Below, one piece after another: positions 26,591 through 39,459 of a stretch of DNA of 64,000 nucleotides. Both the position numbers and the translations under genes were made by a program. This DNA is from Felis catus (taxonomy: Eukaryota), in the NCBI RefSeq assembly GCF_018350175.1, contig NC_058368.1:92940001-93004000 (forward strand), read 5' to 3'. Position 1 is the stretch's first letter; every line of letters begins with the position of its first letter. The notes under the pieces were generated by a model. It worked only from the letters and a program-made list of their open reading frames with translations, did not search any database and was not told the DNA's origin.

Positions 26591-27163
26591 TTAAAATTTT
26601 ATTTCATTTTTTAAGATTTTATTTTACCTTTTATTTTCTTAATTTTTTATTTTGAGAAAGAGAGAGAGAGAGTGCATGCACAATAGTGGGGGAGGGGCAG
26701 AGAGAAGGACAGACAGAATCCTAAGCAGGCTCCGTGCTGTCAGTGGAGACCCCAGTGAGGGGCTTGAACCCACAAACTGTGAGATCGTGACCTGAGACAA
26801 GATCAAGATTTGGAGGCTTAGCCGACTGTGCCACTCAGGTGCCCCTATTTTTTATTTTTAAGTTTATGTATTTATTTTGAGAAAGAGAGAGTGTGAGTGC
26901 AAGTGAGGGGAAGAGAGAGAAGGAGAGAGAATCCCAGGCAGGCTCTGTGCTGTCAGTGCAGAACCTGATGCAGGACTCAATCCCATGAATCTTGAGATCA
27001 TGACCTGAGCTGAATCAAGAGTTGGACACTTAACCGACTGAGCCACCCAAGCTCCCCTAAGATTTTATTTTTAAGTAATCCCTACACCCGATATGGGGCT
27101 TGAGCTCACAACCCTGAGATCAAGAATCATGTGCCCTACCAACTGAGACAGCCAGGAGACCCT
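26591..27163 (-). mobile_element. Three nested Can-SINEs
   Basis: Heads end at ~26846, 27057 and 27163; nested TSDs (see findings). Confidence 0.9.
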
Positions 27164-27961
27164 GTTGTGCCATTTTAATTTTATGAGGTGGTTGACTATG
27201 ATGGAGCTAGTTAAGTTTGGGACAAAAGCCAGCAGGATAATTTATTTATCTACTCATTTGAGTTTTGTTCTTTCTGCTGTAGCAATGATGAGAGTTATTT
27301 TTCTTTTCACCATCCTAAGAAGCTCTCACTTACCAGTCTCGTGCCTACCCTTCCATAAGCCATGTGGATGTGAATGTTCATCACATTGGGGTGCCATAAG
27401 CATTGTGTTGCATCAACTAATCTCAGTTGCAAACATAAAAGTGAGAAACTCGTCTCTATTTCTAGAATGCATCCATCAGACCCCACCCAGCACCACTGCT
27501 TCCCCAGGCTCAGGGAAACAGAATCTCTTCTCCAAATGTGGGAACAGTTTTTCCTTTGAATTCCCTTTAGTACAAGCTGCCTTCAATTTTCTTGTACTCT
27601 CCAAAGAGCCTGTAGGAGGAATAATCCCCTGGGTGTTTTGCAGCCTCTGGTTTTGGCTCTGTTAATTGAAACCATTCGTAAACACCTTAAACTTTGGAAA
27701 CTAGACTTAGAACACAGGCTTCTTAATTTCTGTAGTAGAAACAACAAAATATAAATATCTCATTACAGTATCTTGACACAAAAACAAAGAGGAAAGTGGT
27801 ACAAAAGAAGAAAGGTTTTATATAAATTATATAAGGAACTATATGCAAAAACTATAAAGCTATATCAATAAGCAACTGTATATAAATACTGAACAGTGAA
27901 TATTAATAGACTACACCTCCATGCAATTACATGGATAAATCTTAAAACTGTAATAAAGGCA

Positions 27962-28083
27962 GGGGCACCTGGATGGCACAGTTGGTTAAGCATCCAGCTC
28001 TTGATTTCAGGTTGGGTCATGATCTCATAGTTCGTGGGGTCAAGCCCGGCGTCAGGCTCTGTGCTCTCTCTCTCCTGCCTCTC
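27962..28083 (+). mobile_element. Can-SINE 5' half fused to the L1 fragment
   Basis: Head present, tail absent. Confidence 0.85.
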
Positions 28084-28084
28084 C

Positions 28085-29037
28085 CCAGGATATGGTCAAA
28101 CCCACCCAGATATGGTCAATTCATTTACAACAAAGGAGCCAAGAGTATACAGTGAGGATAGGACAGGGTCTTTAATAAATGGTGTTGGGAAAATTGGGCA
28201 GCCACATGTAACACAATGAAACTGGATCAGTGTCTTACACCATACTCAAAAAATAACTCAAAACAGATTAAACACTTGAATATAAAACCTGAAACCCTAA
28301 AAAACTCCTAGAAGAAAACCTAGGCATCACGTTAGCTTAGGTCTCCTTGACATAGTTCTTGGTGATGAATTTTTGAATCTGATACCAAAGGTGAAAGTAA
28401 AAAAGCAAAAATAAATATGTAGGACTACATTGAACTAAAAAGCTTCTGCAAAGCAGAGGAAACCACCAACAAATTGAAAAGGCAACCTCCTGAATGAGAG
28501 AAAATAATTGCAAATCATATATCTGATAAGAGACCAATATCCCAAATAGACAACTCATACAACACAATAGCAAAAGAGTCAAAGAATCCACTTTAAAAAT
28601 GGGCAGATTAGAATAGATATTTTTTCTAGAGATGGGCAACAGACACATGACAGTTGCTCAACATCCCTCATCATCTGGGAAATGCAAATCAAAACCATGA
28701 TGAGATACCACCTCACACCTGGCAGAATGGCTAGTATCAAAAAGACAAGACATAACAAATGCTGGTGAGGATGTGGAGGATAGGGAACTCTCATGCACTG
28801 TCGGTGGCAATGTAAATTGGTGCAGCCACTACGGGAAACATATGGAGGTTCAAATATTAAAAATAGAACTACCCTATGATCCAGCAATTCCACTTTAGGG
28901 TATTTATCCAAAGGAAACAAAAACACGAATTTGAAGAGATATCTGCACCTGCATGTTCATTATAGCATTATTTACAATAGCCAAGATGTGAAAACAACCT
29001 AAGTGTCCATCAGTGGATGAATGGATGAAGAAAGCGT

Positions 29038-29078
<41 letters not shown>

Positions 29079-29455
29079 ATTGTTGCCATTTGCAACAACA
29101 TGAATGGATCTAGAGAGTATAATGCTAAGTGAAATATGAAAGACAAATACCATATGATTTCATTCATATGTGGAATTTGAGAAACAAAACAAATGAGCAA
29201 AGAAAAAGAGACAAACTGGAAAAAAAAAAAACCAGATTCTTAACTCTAGAGGACACACTGATGGTTGCCAGAGCAGGGAAGGATGGGGGGGATGGGTTAA
29301 ATAGGTGATGGAGATTAAGGAGGGTACTTGTTGTGATGAGCACTGTGTGATGTATGGCAGTGTTGAGTCGTTACATTGTACACCTGAAACTAATATAACA
29401 CTGTTGTTAACTATACTTGAATTAAAAAAAAAAACATAAAAATTAAAAAAAACCC
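28085..29455 (+). mobile_element. LINE-1 3' fragment (degenerate ORF2 C-terminus, 3'UTR, poly-A), carnivore/L1MA-type
   Basis: Relic of the ORF2 cysteine-rich C-terminus (RYHLTP.RMA.IKK...NKCW..C...GTL.HC.W.CKLVQP, with stops) ~28700-28830, typical 3'UTR, A-rich tail ~29420-29455. Confidence 0.93.
29039..29077. repeat. (GT)n microsatellite within L1
   Basis: Direct reading. Confidence 0.95.
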
Positions 29456-29914
29456 TCAAATGATGAAAATGATTAAGAGTTGGCCTTCGAAAACATTCTA
29501 AAGTAACTGTTTGATATTGTTTAAGGCTGAAGGGTGGTGATAATTGCCTTTAAGAATAAGAATGATCCATTCACCAAACTTTGCAAATGCTTAGTGAAAG
29601 CAAATGTGTTTAAAGCACTCACATATAAGAAATAGCCATGAAACAGGGAAGAACATCTTGGGAGCTGTTAGAATATCTGACTGTAGTTATCTGTGAGAAG
29701 AGCATAGGCAATCATTATAAATGTATGTATGTATATGTATGTATGATCTGTTCAGGAAAGCAGAAAAGTGAAATGATATCTAGGTTCTTTTAAGAGCCAT
29801 ATTATGAATTCTTACTCTATAAAGGAATTGAATAATGGATCTGAAATGCCAACGCCAATTCCTGTAACATAAAGAGTACTCAAATAATACTAGTCATCTT
29901 GTCACCAGCTCTAG

Positions 29915-30740
29915 ATATTAATTCATTCATCCCCAAATTTATGTGTATCCGCTATCCTAGGTACTAGGGATGAATCATTGAACAAGACATTATACCATCA
30001 CTCCTTACATCCTGTTGAAGGGGACATCTTGAAAAAAGTAAACATGGGAATAAAATACTTATAATTTGTTAGTTGTGGAGAAACCAAATAAGGGACAGAA
30101 GCACAAAGTGTGTGAGAAGGGAGTGCAGATAACTGCTTCAGAAAGATCTTTGATTCATTTAAAAATGATATGAACTGGGGGTGCCTGAGTGGCTCAGTAG
30201 GTTAAGTGTCTGACTTTGGCTCAGGTCACTATCTCGTGGTTCATGAGTTCGAGTCCCATGTCAGGCTCTCTGCTATCAACACTGAGCCTGCTTTGGATCC
30301 TTCTCTTTTTCTACCCTTCCCCCACTCTCTCTGTCTCAAAAATAAATAAAACATTTTTTAAAAATGATATGAACTGATTTTTTGGAGTTTGGTAAAAACC
30401 CCTTGCCTTCTGTATAATGAAGAGGTCTGAGAAGGGTAGGAGTGGAAGTGAGAAGGCTAATGAATGACATGTTCTAAATGACCACCAGAACCACGATGGA
30501 GAGATCAGAGATATGTTCTGGAGGCAGTATTTCCAGGACCTGCTGAAATTTGGACATGAAGGAGAGAGTTGAGGGAAAGAGATTGACACCATGGGCAACT
30601 GGGTGCCACAGAGACAGGAAATTAAGAGGTGATAAAATCTATAAGGGATGTGAGATGAGTAACTGAGTCTTAGAAGCTGCTGGGTTTGAGGTACCTAGAA
30701 CACTTGCTAGTTGTGATATCACAATAGATACGTGATTTAG
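29915..30740 (-). mobile_element. L2 fragments, interrupted by a SINE
   Basis: attcattcat...ctaggtactagggat...aacaagaca (antisense L2 3' end) and gagaagggtaggagtggaag...ttctggaggcag. Confidence 0.5.
30177..30364 (+). mobile_element. Can-SINE
   Basis: TSD aaaaatgatatgaactg. Confidence 0.93.
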
Positions 30741-31784
30741 AGAAGAGACCACTTGCGGGTAGTAATAACGGAACTTGGAGTTACTTATGGAAAAACATGT
30801 TGACATCTGAAAAACTGAATATAGTCTATTTAAGGACCAAGACTACACAGAGTTAATCTTTCCTGGAAATGATCAGGAAACATTTCTTATCTTGCATGCT
30901 CTTTGGCTGTATAGCTGGTGTCTCCTTTGTAGGAATATACAAAGTTTGGAACGATAGCCAGAACTCACCTTACCATCATAACAAGGCTAGCTGAGTTGCT
31001 CTTGGAGAATGACCATAGTCAGTAGGGTTTTCATCCTGGAAAAAGAAAAAAACTGCTTTTGGCTTGTGTTGAATTTTAACATGCAGAGCCCAGCATGAAT
31101 TCATAACTTGAGTCCAATTTGATTTCTTTATGGGACAAATAAGCTTACATATTAAAAGTTTCCTTTGACATTTGGCTTGCCTTGAGTCATTAGACAGAAA
31201 AATTAACGACATCTCCAAGTCTGAATTGTACCTTGGATAAAGCCAGTCACTGGGAAATAAAAGATTAGATGTGTTGAGTTTGTACCAGCTAACGAGACTA
31301 GATATGTTTTCCTCTGTCTCAGAGGCTTTCAAGTCATTTCCTTGAGCAAAATCAACCAGATATGCACTTTGAATATCTTTTGCAGCACTTTTTATGAGTG
31401 GTTTTTTTTTAAGGTCCATTAAGCCAACATAGTCATTTCACATCTGTATTTTAATTTTTTTCTTTACTTTTTATTTTTCATGCACAATTTGATAGGTGAA
31501 CACAAATTATCCAAATGCTATTTCCACCTGAAACCATAATACTAACAACTGGTTGGAGCGAAAAGGACTTCCATGAATTAGTAATAAGCCCAGGGAGGTG
31601 ATGATAAAGTGAATCCAAGATGCCACTGATCCCTTCTAAATATGAATATTTATCTAGGGACAAGGAAACACAGTATTCTTGTTGTACATGTAAAAGCATT
31701 TGAATATTTCAGGTCATGTCTAATTGGTGTTCTCAAGGTCCTTTGACACCTTAAGTACTAAATATGGGCCATTCTCATGACATT

Positions 31785-31905
31785 CCCAAATGGTAGGTAC
31801 TGCTCTCACTTTACAGATTAAAATATTGAAATTTGGGAAGGATTAAGTAATCTGCCAAGAAAATGGATGGAGCAGGATTTTAAATCCACGTCTTCCTTCC
31901 TCTAA
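31785..31905 (-). mobile_element. MIR fragment
   Basis: cactttacagattaaaatattgaaatttgggaaggattaagtaatctgcc. Confidence 0.55.
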
Positions 31906-32233
31906 AGCTTTTTTTTTTTTTTTTTTTTTTTTACTTCTCCACATCACCGTAATAATGAGGTTAGGTGCCTGAACCAGCCCATAGAATTTGATATAACCAT
32001 GGGGAGAATGAAGAATGGGGCTACAGTTAGAGTTTTGGAAAAACCCAGTAGTTGTTGTGGGTTTTGGATTTCCTGGAAGTTTCCTGGCCCCAGCCCCTAT
32101 TGGGGGTCCCAGCAGCCTGAGACAGCACCCCCTCTGGGTTTGAAGGTAAGGGGGGGAGATGTCTAGTATGATGAGAGGCACCTGTTGATTTCTGTTGTAC
32201 CCTTTCATAGAAGTCACTGAAGAATTTATTCCA

Positions 32234-32693
32234 GGGGTGCCTGGGTGGCTCAGTCGGTTAAGCATCTGACTTCAGCTCAGGTCATGATCTCGCGGTTTGT
32301 GAGTTTGAGCCCTGCGTCGGGCTCTGTGCTGACAGCTCAGAGCCTGGGGCCTGCTTTGGATTCTGTGTCTCCCTCTCTCTTTGCCCCTCCCATGCTCATG
32401 CTCTGTCTCTCTCTGTCTCTCAATAACAAATAAACGTTAAAATAAAAAAAAAAAAGGGGGTGCCTGGGTGGCTTAGTCAGTTAAGCGGCCGACTTCAGCT
32501 CAGGTCATGATCTCGCGGTCAGTGAGTTCAAGCCCCACGTCAGGCTCTGGGCTGATGGCTCGGAGCCTGGAGCCTGTTTCTGATTCTGTGTCTCCCTCTC
32601 TCTCTGCCCCTCCCCCGTTCATGCTCTGTCTCTCTCTGTCTCAAAAATAAATAAACGTTAAAAAAAAATTAAATCTAGTATTTAAAAAAAAGA
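32234..32693 (+). mobile_element. Tandem Can-SINEs (32234-32455, 32456-~32690) within one TSD
   Basis: TSD aagaatttattccag 32220-32234 / 32694-32708. Confidence 0.93.
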
Positions 32694-33109
32694 AAGAATT
32701 TATTCCAGAAAAATGGGGGAGAAAACCCCAAAAGAATAAAACATGAGTTCCAGGACCCATGAAGGATCTTGTTGGCCTTGGGCCATTCGGGAACTCGAGG
32801 ACTTAGGGGTCAGTCCTTGGTGGGAGCCCCTGGTGTTGCTTGACCTATTCAGAGGGGGACAACCCCAGTGGTGTTTCTTTTTTTCTGCCAAACTCAGGGA
32901 AGGAGAATCATAACAAAGTTTCCCTAAGCGACAAGACTTAGTGTGGGTTTCTCATGGCCACTAAGACAGTGAACTTGCAGAGGTCTTGCCACCCCCAGAA
33001 GTCTTGCTGAGGTCTTGCCCTCTCAGAAAACCTATGGCTTGGGCTCCCTTCCCAGGTGTCATTTCTGGTTGGCCCCCGGTCACATCATGCAGTTTCAGCT
33101 CCTCATGGT

Positions 33110-33660
33110 CCTGGCCCCAAGTTGAAAATTGGTGGTGTCAGATGAACTCTGAGCAGTAGACATGCCTCACCCAGGGCTTTGTATTTAAAAAAAATTTTTT
33201 TAAGCTTCAAATATTTAAAAATTGGGAGGGTTAACATAAAATGTTGGATTCATACTTATCCTAAAAAAGCAGGGGGATGCCTGGGTGGCTCGGTCGGTTG
33301 AGCGTCTGACTCTTGACTTCGGCTCAGGTCATGATCCCAGGGTTGTGGGATGGAGCCCTGCATCGGGCTCTGTGCTGAGCATGGAACTTGCTTGAGATTC
33401 TGTCTCTCTCTCCCTCTGTCCCTCTCCCTGTCTCATGCACGCCCTCTCTCTCTAATAAAAATAAATAAAAACAAAAAAAGACAGTAAATCTGGGAATATT
33501 GGTCCTGTAGACCTTGATGGCAATAGCTAGCTTGAAGAGAATTGGGTCAGCTTCCTTCGTGTGGGGCAGATGTGCTTCCCAGTGACCACACCTACCTATT
33601 GCCTGCCAATGACAGCCCTACTGTCCCGCCCAAAGGGATTTACCCCTGTATTTAAGGCTG
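33110..33660. mobile_element. hAT-Charlie MER102-like DNA transposon relic, interrupted by a SINE
   Basis: acataaaatgttggatt...aaatctgggaatattgg...atggcaatagc...ggggcagatgtgcttcccagt resembles MER102. Confidence 0.5.
33272..33479 (+). mobile_element. Can-SINE
   Basis: Head and tail. Confidence 0.92.
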
Positions 33661-34228
33661 GGCTCCTGTAGGTATCTGGGGTTACAGCCTCTACCCAGAC
33701 CTTCAAACCACAAAGCCCAGTTTACTAGCCTCCCCCTGCTGGGTAAGGAAAGTCCTAGTTTGGGATCCAAAGTCCTAGATTCCTCTTGAAAAGGTTGAGG
33801 GAGGAGGGAGAACAGCACACAAGTTAATTTTTCACTAATCCTGCCACGTACAATGGAAAACGCTTTGCTTAGAGAAGATGGCGTGTGTCTCTGGATACAT
33901 GACTCAGTCAGGATTTGAATTCAGGACTTGCTACCTCCACATCCAAATATTTTCCATGACACAGTGAACGTGAGCATTATGAAAGAAAGCAGAAGTTAAC
34001 ATTTTTTCCCCCAAAAGAGATTTTCTTGGTTCTGTCTCTACTTCACCTAAGAGAAATTCAAATGATCGCTTGCCCAAAGATTGAGCAGATTGTCATTGCT
34101 TAATTGTGTTCTATTTAGGTTTTTCTAACTTCCCACTTGCAAACCAAATTATAATGTATTGTACAAATATTTTCATTATTTGTAGCCAATTGATTATATG
34201 CCAGATGATTGGATTCTGAAGACTGCTG

Positions 34229-34231
<3 letters not shown>

Positions 34232-34301
<70 letters not shown>

Positions 34302-34340
34302 CTTATTGTACACACATATATGTGTATGTATATATATATG
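34232..34340. repeat. Compound (TA)n/(TG)n microsatellite
   Basis: Direct reading. Confidence 0.95.
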
Positions 34341-34891
34341 CTGATATGTTTATATAATATCTAGTTAATATATATTATGTACATCATACATACACATGCA
34401 CATTTCCCTTGGTTGATGTTTCTTTCCCAAGCAAGTGTCTCCCATTAAAATGATCAATAGCCTGAGTAGGATAAAATGTCTATAAAAAATATAGCATTAG
34501 CCAGAGATTTTACTCATAAAAAACTAATGACCAAGGTTTATAGACTTTTCTGCTGTTAGGTTTGGTTTTACTGCCAAATTGTAGAAGTTTTAAAGAACTT
34601 TTAGTATTTTCAATTTTATTTGATAATGACACAAATCTGCTATTTGTTAAAATAAGGCACAAACAACAACTGAAAAGTTCATACTGTTAAGAAATATATA
34701 TCCCCAGAATTGTACTTTTCCAGTCCTTTTAATCATGTCATGAAACAGCATATTGAAATGTCTCCTTAGGCAAGGTGCTGTGAGGACGGTCATAAAAAGC
34801 AAGTTAAATAGATAGATTCCCTCAGAGCTTACATTTTAAAGGCATTCGTAAATTGATAGAGATGTACAGAATATTAAGAATTGTATTGTCA

Positions 34892-35095
34892 GGGTGCCTG
34901 GTTGGATCAGTTGGTTAAGCATCTGACTTCAGCACAGGTCATGATCTCATGGTTTGTGAGTTTGAGCCCCATGTCCGGCTCTGTGCTGACAGCTCAGAGC
35001 CTGCTTCGGATCCTCTGTCTCCCTCTCTCTCTCTGTCCCCTCCCCTGCTCTCTCTTCTCTCAAAAATAAATAAATAAACAAAAAGAATAAAAAAG
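34892..35095 (+). mobile_element. Can-SINE
   Basis: Head and tail. Confidence 0.92.
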
Positions 35096-35475
35096 AATTA
35101 GAGAAGTGTCTAATATTATGTAAGTCATGCTGTATATGTAAGGAGGTGGGTGTGGCAATCATCATATTCATGTACAACATGAAAGATTCCTTCCAGAAAG
35201 ATTCCTTCTCAGCTAGTATTCACACCAACCTATGGGACCTAAACCTCGGTTCTCTGTGGTAGAGACTTAACAAACTCTCAACTACAGTGAGTTCTTGGAA
35301 AGCTAGAATTATTTGTGGAAAACCAACATTCTAAGATAAGGTTACAGCGGTAAGATTTTTACACTAGTAATTTTGGAGGTAATTCTTGTAAAATGAGTTA
35401 CATGCTTTCTTGTTTCATTACCTAGATTATAATGTACATAATTTAAAGGTTTCTTGATTACTCAGGCTTATCATC

Positions 35476-35948
35476 TGTGACAATCGATTTTGTGTGTCAG
35501 TTTTCAGGATGGTTGGCCAAACATAATTCTGCCAGAGTGTTTGTGGATGAAATTAACATTTGAATTGGTGGTCTGAATAAAGCAGACTGTCCTCCCTAAT
35601 GTGTGTGGGCCTCATCCAATCAGGTGAAGGCCTGACTATAACAAAAAGGCTGAGTTAGAGTGAACTTCTGCCAGACTTCCTTGCACTGGTACATCAGTTT
35701 CTTCCTGCCTCTGGATGCAAACTGAAATACTAACTCATCTTGGGTCTCAAACCTCCTGGCTCTACAAGTCACACCGTCAGCCCTCCTGGGTCTCCAGCTT
35801 GCTGACTAATGACCTTGGGACTTCTCAGCCTCCATTTATGGAGGAACTGATCCAGTTCCTTATAATGAAGTGTATGTGTGTGTGTGCACACGTGTATGCA
35901 TGTATAGTCTCATTTATTTTATTTCTCAGGAGAACCCCAACTAATACA
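35476..35948 (+). mobile_element. ERVL LTR (MLT2-type), solo
   Basis: tgtg...gatgaaattaacatttgaat...ctccctaatgtgtgtgggcctcatccaatcag...ggagaaccccaactaataca. Confidence 0.85.
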
Positions 35949-36066
35949 CCATCCAGACACACGTTAGCATCATTTTGAATTCAGGGGTGACACTAGGGAT
36001 TATTCAAGTATGAAAGACCACTTACCACATACTGTGTTCTTTAAGTTCTCATGTTGCACAAGTCTT

Positions 36067-36517
36067 TTTTTTTTTAAAATATTTCATCTATTTTAGTGTT
36101 TATTTATTTTTGAGAGAGACAGGGAATGAGCAGGAGAGGGGCAGAGGGAGAGGGAGACACCGAATCTGAAGCAGCCTCCAGGCTTCCACTGTCAGCACAG
36201 AGCCTGACGTGGGGCTCAAACCCACGGACCGGGAGATCGTGACCTGATCCAAAGTCAGAGGCTTAACCGAGGGAGCCCCCCAGGCGCCCCTGAAGATATT
36301 TTATTTTATTTTTTTCAATGTTTATTTATTTTTGGGACAGAGAGAGACAGAGCATGAACGGGGAGGGGCAGAGAGAGAGGGAGACACAGAATCAGAAACA
36401 GGCTCCAGGCTCCGAGCCATCAGCCCAGAGCCTGACGCGGGGCTCGAACTCACGGACCGGGAGATCGTGACCTGGCTGAAGTTGGACGCTTAACCAACTG
36501 CGCCACCCAGGCGCCCC
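36067..36517 (-). mobile_element. Can-SINE dimer (young SINEC_Fc 36300-36517 plus more diverged copy 36080-36290) within one TSD
   Basis: TSD tgcacaagtctt 36055-36066 / 36518-36529. Confidence 0.93.
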
Positions 36518-37105
36518 TGCACAAGTCTTAATGTATGTTGCTTTATTTATAAATTCACCATTAGTTAGTTTTTCAAGCAATCAGTTGTCATTTCCTCCTT
36601 GCTGTTTTCAACTGATCAGACTCCATAAATCTTTTGTTATTCTTATTTTGAGATTTTGACATGTGGAGGGGGGGGGTAGGGGTGGTCAGGAAATCAGACA
36701 ATCAGGATTCCTGGAAGTCTGAAGGCTTGCTTATGAATAACCAGCCCAGGCTTTTTGACATTGAGTTTTGGCCCTTGAGGGCTGTAGTTTGTTCTTAGTC
36801 TTTAGCTAAATTCTGGAAAGATGGATTGCTTGGTTAAGAGGGTGCTATATAGCTGAGTTCTGCTGTGTATTTGGTTTTTGGGATATAATAATTAATATTG
36901 CCCCAGTTCTAAAAATACTAAAGCATAAATGTGCATAAGGAGAAATGAATAAAAGAGAAGCTTGAGGTGTGAATACATCTTTCAACTGGGACTCAAATCC
37001 ATAAGACAGGTAGAATTTGGAGGAAATGTCAGGTGCATCTGAGACCCTTGAATTTTCCATAGAAGAGGTAGGGCTTCATGGTCTTTTATACTGGGGTCAG
37101 TTGGT

Positions 37106-37463
37106 GCTATGGGCTGAATGTTTGCATCCTCTCAAAATTCATATGTTGAAGACCTAATCCCCAATGGGATGGTATTTGGAGAGGTGGGGGCTATTTGGAG
37201 AAAAAAGAGAAAATGAGAGTGGAGCCCTCATGATTCATGCACTCATTGGAAAACAATGAGAGGATTTCTCTCTTTGCCATGTGAATATATCACACGATAG
37301 TGTGTGCAAACCAGGTAGCTGTCTCTCACCAGGAACCATTTCAGCCAGCACCTTGATTTCAGCCTTCCCAAGTCTCCAGAAGTGTGAGAGATAAATGCTG
37401 TCTTTGTTGCAGAAGCCAGTCAGTCTGTGGCACTGGTTATAGAAGCCTGAGCTGACTAAGACA
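37106..37463 (+). mobile_element. MaLR solo LTR (MST/MLT1A-like)
   Basis: tgctatgggctgaatgtt...aaattcatatgttgaa...ctaatccccaat...cagcaccttgatttcagccttcc...gactaagaca. Confidence 0.85.
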
Positions 37464-38464
37464 AGTGGGGAAGGGGCAGAGGAACATAGCAAGGAAATCA
37501 GAGTGGGAAGGAGAATGCTCATCTCTCCACAGTGGAGGGACATAGGACAAAGACTACACTATCTTGGCTACTTGGGGGCAAAGATGTGTGGTATGTGTAG
37601 GGAGCGGGGAGAGGTGGGGAGTGGCTCCCTCACGGAGATACCAGTGAATCACTATGATACGTAGAGTATCTGTACCCACCTGCTTCCTATATAAGGTACG
37701 TTGAGAAGCTGTCCAATCCCTCTGATATCCCTCCCGAGTTATTCATTTAATGCATTGACAAGTAAAAAAAAAACAAAACACACACACACACTGTGAATCT
37801 TGGATGTTTATGTAGCCTCTAGGTGTTTCTTTTTTCCTAAAGCAGCAACTTTTCATTTATTAATTTAATTCAACATTAATTCAACAAACACCAATGGGAC
37901 ACTTCCCATGTGTCGGATGCTGCGGCCACAGAGAAGCGCTTGTCTAGTGGGGTTGGGGAATCACCGGTTACAGTGCTGGAAAGTACAGAAGTGGTGTCGC
38001 TCTCTGTAAGAGATCAGGAGAGGGCTCAAGTACACTCACATGCCTAAGTGTTCTGTTTGTTCCTCTTTACTCTATTTTCAAAAATGTGTTTACTGTGTAA
38101 GCCTCACCCACCAGGCACCTTAACCTAAAAGCCGCCCTTTCTTCTTACAGCCACATCACTTCACAGCACTGACCACAACCATCCTGATGATCGCCTTCCT
38201 GTGAATTTATATAAACAGGAGCATATGACTTTTTATATGTGAGATCATACTTACCAATTGTTTTGTTACTTGGTTTTGTTTAATAGTTAAGTGTTGGTGA
38301 TCGCTCCAGTTTTCTAGACAGAAATCTTTTTCATTCTTTTAAAAAACATGGGAGGGTACTTTTGGGGGGGGCATTTTCCCCAATATATCACACTACAAGG
38401 AGCATCATTGTAAATATATCTTTGTACATATGTGCAATGTTTTTATTCACTTATTTTTATTTAC

Positions 38465-38516
<52 letters not shown>

Positions 38517-38955
38517 TTTTTTTTTCCCCCAACGTTTATTTATTTTTGGGACAGAGAGAGATAGAGCATGAACGGGGGAGGGGCAGAGAGAGAGGGAGAC
38601 ACAGAATCGGAAACAGGCTCCAGGCTCTGAGCCATCAGCCCAGAGCCCGACGCGGGGCTCGAACTCACGGACCGCAAGATCGTGACCTGGCTGAAGTCGG
38701 ACGCTTAACCGACTGCGCCACCCAGGCGCCCCAACTTATTTATTTTTTAAAGTCTATCCATTATTTTGAGAGAGAGAGCACGAGTGGGGGAGGGACAGAG
38801 AGAGGGAGAGAGAGAATCCCAAATGGGCTTTGCACTGACAGCACAGAGCCCAAGGTGGGGTTCGACGCAGGGCTCAATCTCATGAACCGTGAGACCATGA
38901 CCTGAGCTGAAACCAAGAATTGGACACTTAACCAACTGAGCCACCCAGGCGCCCC
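38517..38955 (-). mobile_element. Young SINEC_Fc (38517-38732) inserted in the tail of an older Can-SINE (~38740-38955)
   Basis: TSD acttatttattt; (TTTA)n tail. Confidence 0.92.
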
Positions 38956-39247
38956 AATGCAAATGTTTTTCGAGTAGATACCTGTTGGTGGACAGTTGTG
39001 TATTTGACATTTTGGTCGGTATTAGCAAAAAGGTTTTCAAATAGGCTTTACCAATTTGTACTCCTGTCTGTTGGTGTATGAGCAAACTGGTTTCTTGCAT
39101 TTCTTTGATTATTTAGGAGGTTTTCTTTCTTTCTTTGAAAATTGTATTTCATCTTCTCAGAGTTGCTTGTTCATACCCTTTTATTATTTCTCCATCGGTT
39201 TGTTTTTTTCATTTTCTGTTACCAATTTCTTAGACCTTAAAAAAAAA

Positions 39248-39459
39248 TTTTTTTTATTCTTTATTTTTGAGAGAGAGAGCGTGAGGCAGAGTGTGAGTGG
39301 GGGAGGAACAAAGAGAGAAGGAGACACAGAATCTGAACCAGGCTCCAGGCTCTGAGCTGTCAGCACAGATCCCGACATGGGGCTCAAACTCACAAACCGC
39401 GAGATCATAACCTGAGCCAAAGTCGGACGCTTAACCGACTGAACTACCAAAGGCACCCC
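39248..39459 (-). mobile_element. Can-SINE
   Basis: TSD tcttagacctt. Confidence 0.93.

Noticed and set aside
32220..32708. Second SINE dimer within one TSD
   Set aside because: The younger-looking copy sits in the A tail of the first, which is ordinary nested insertion, unlike the 36.1-kb case
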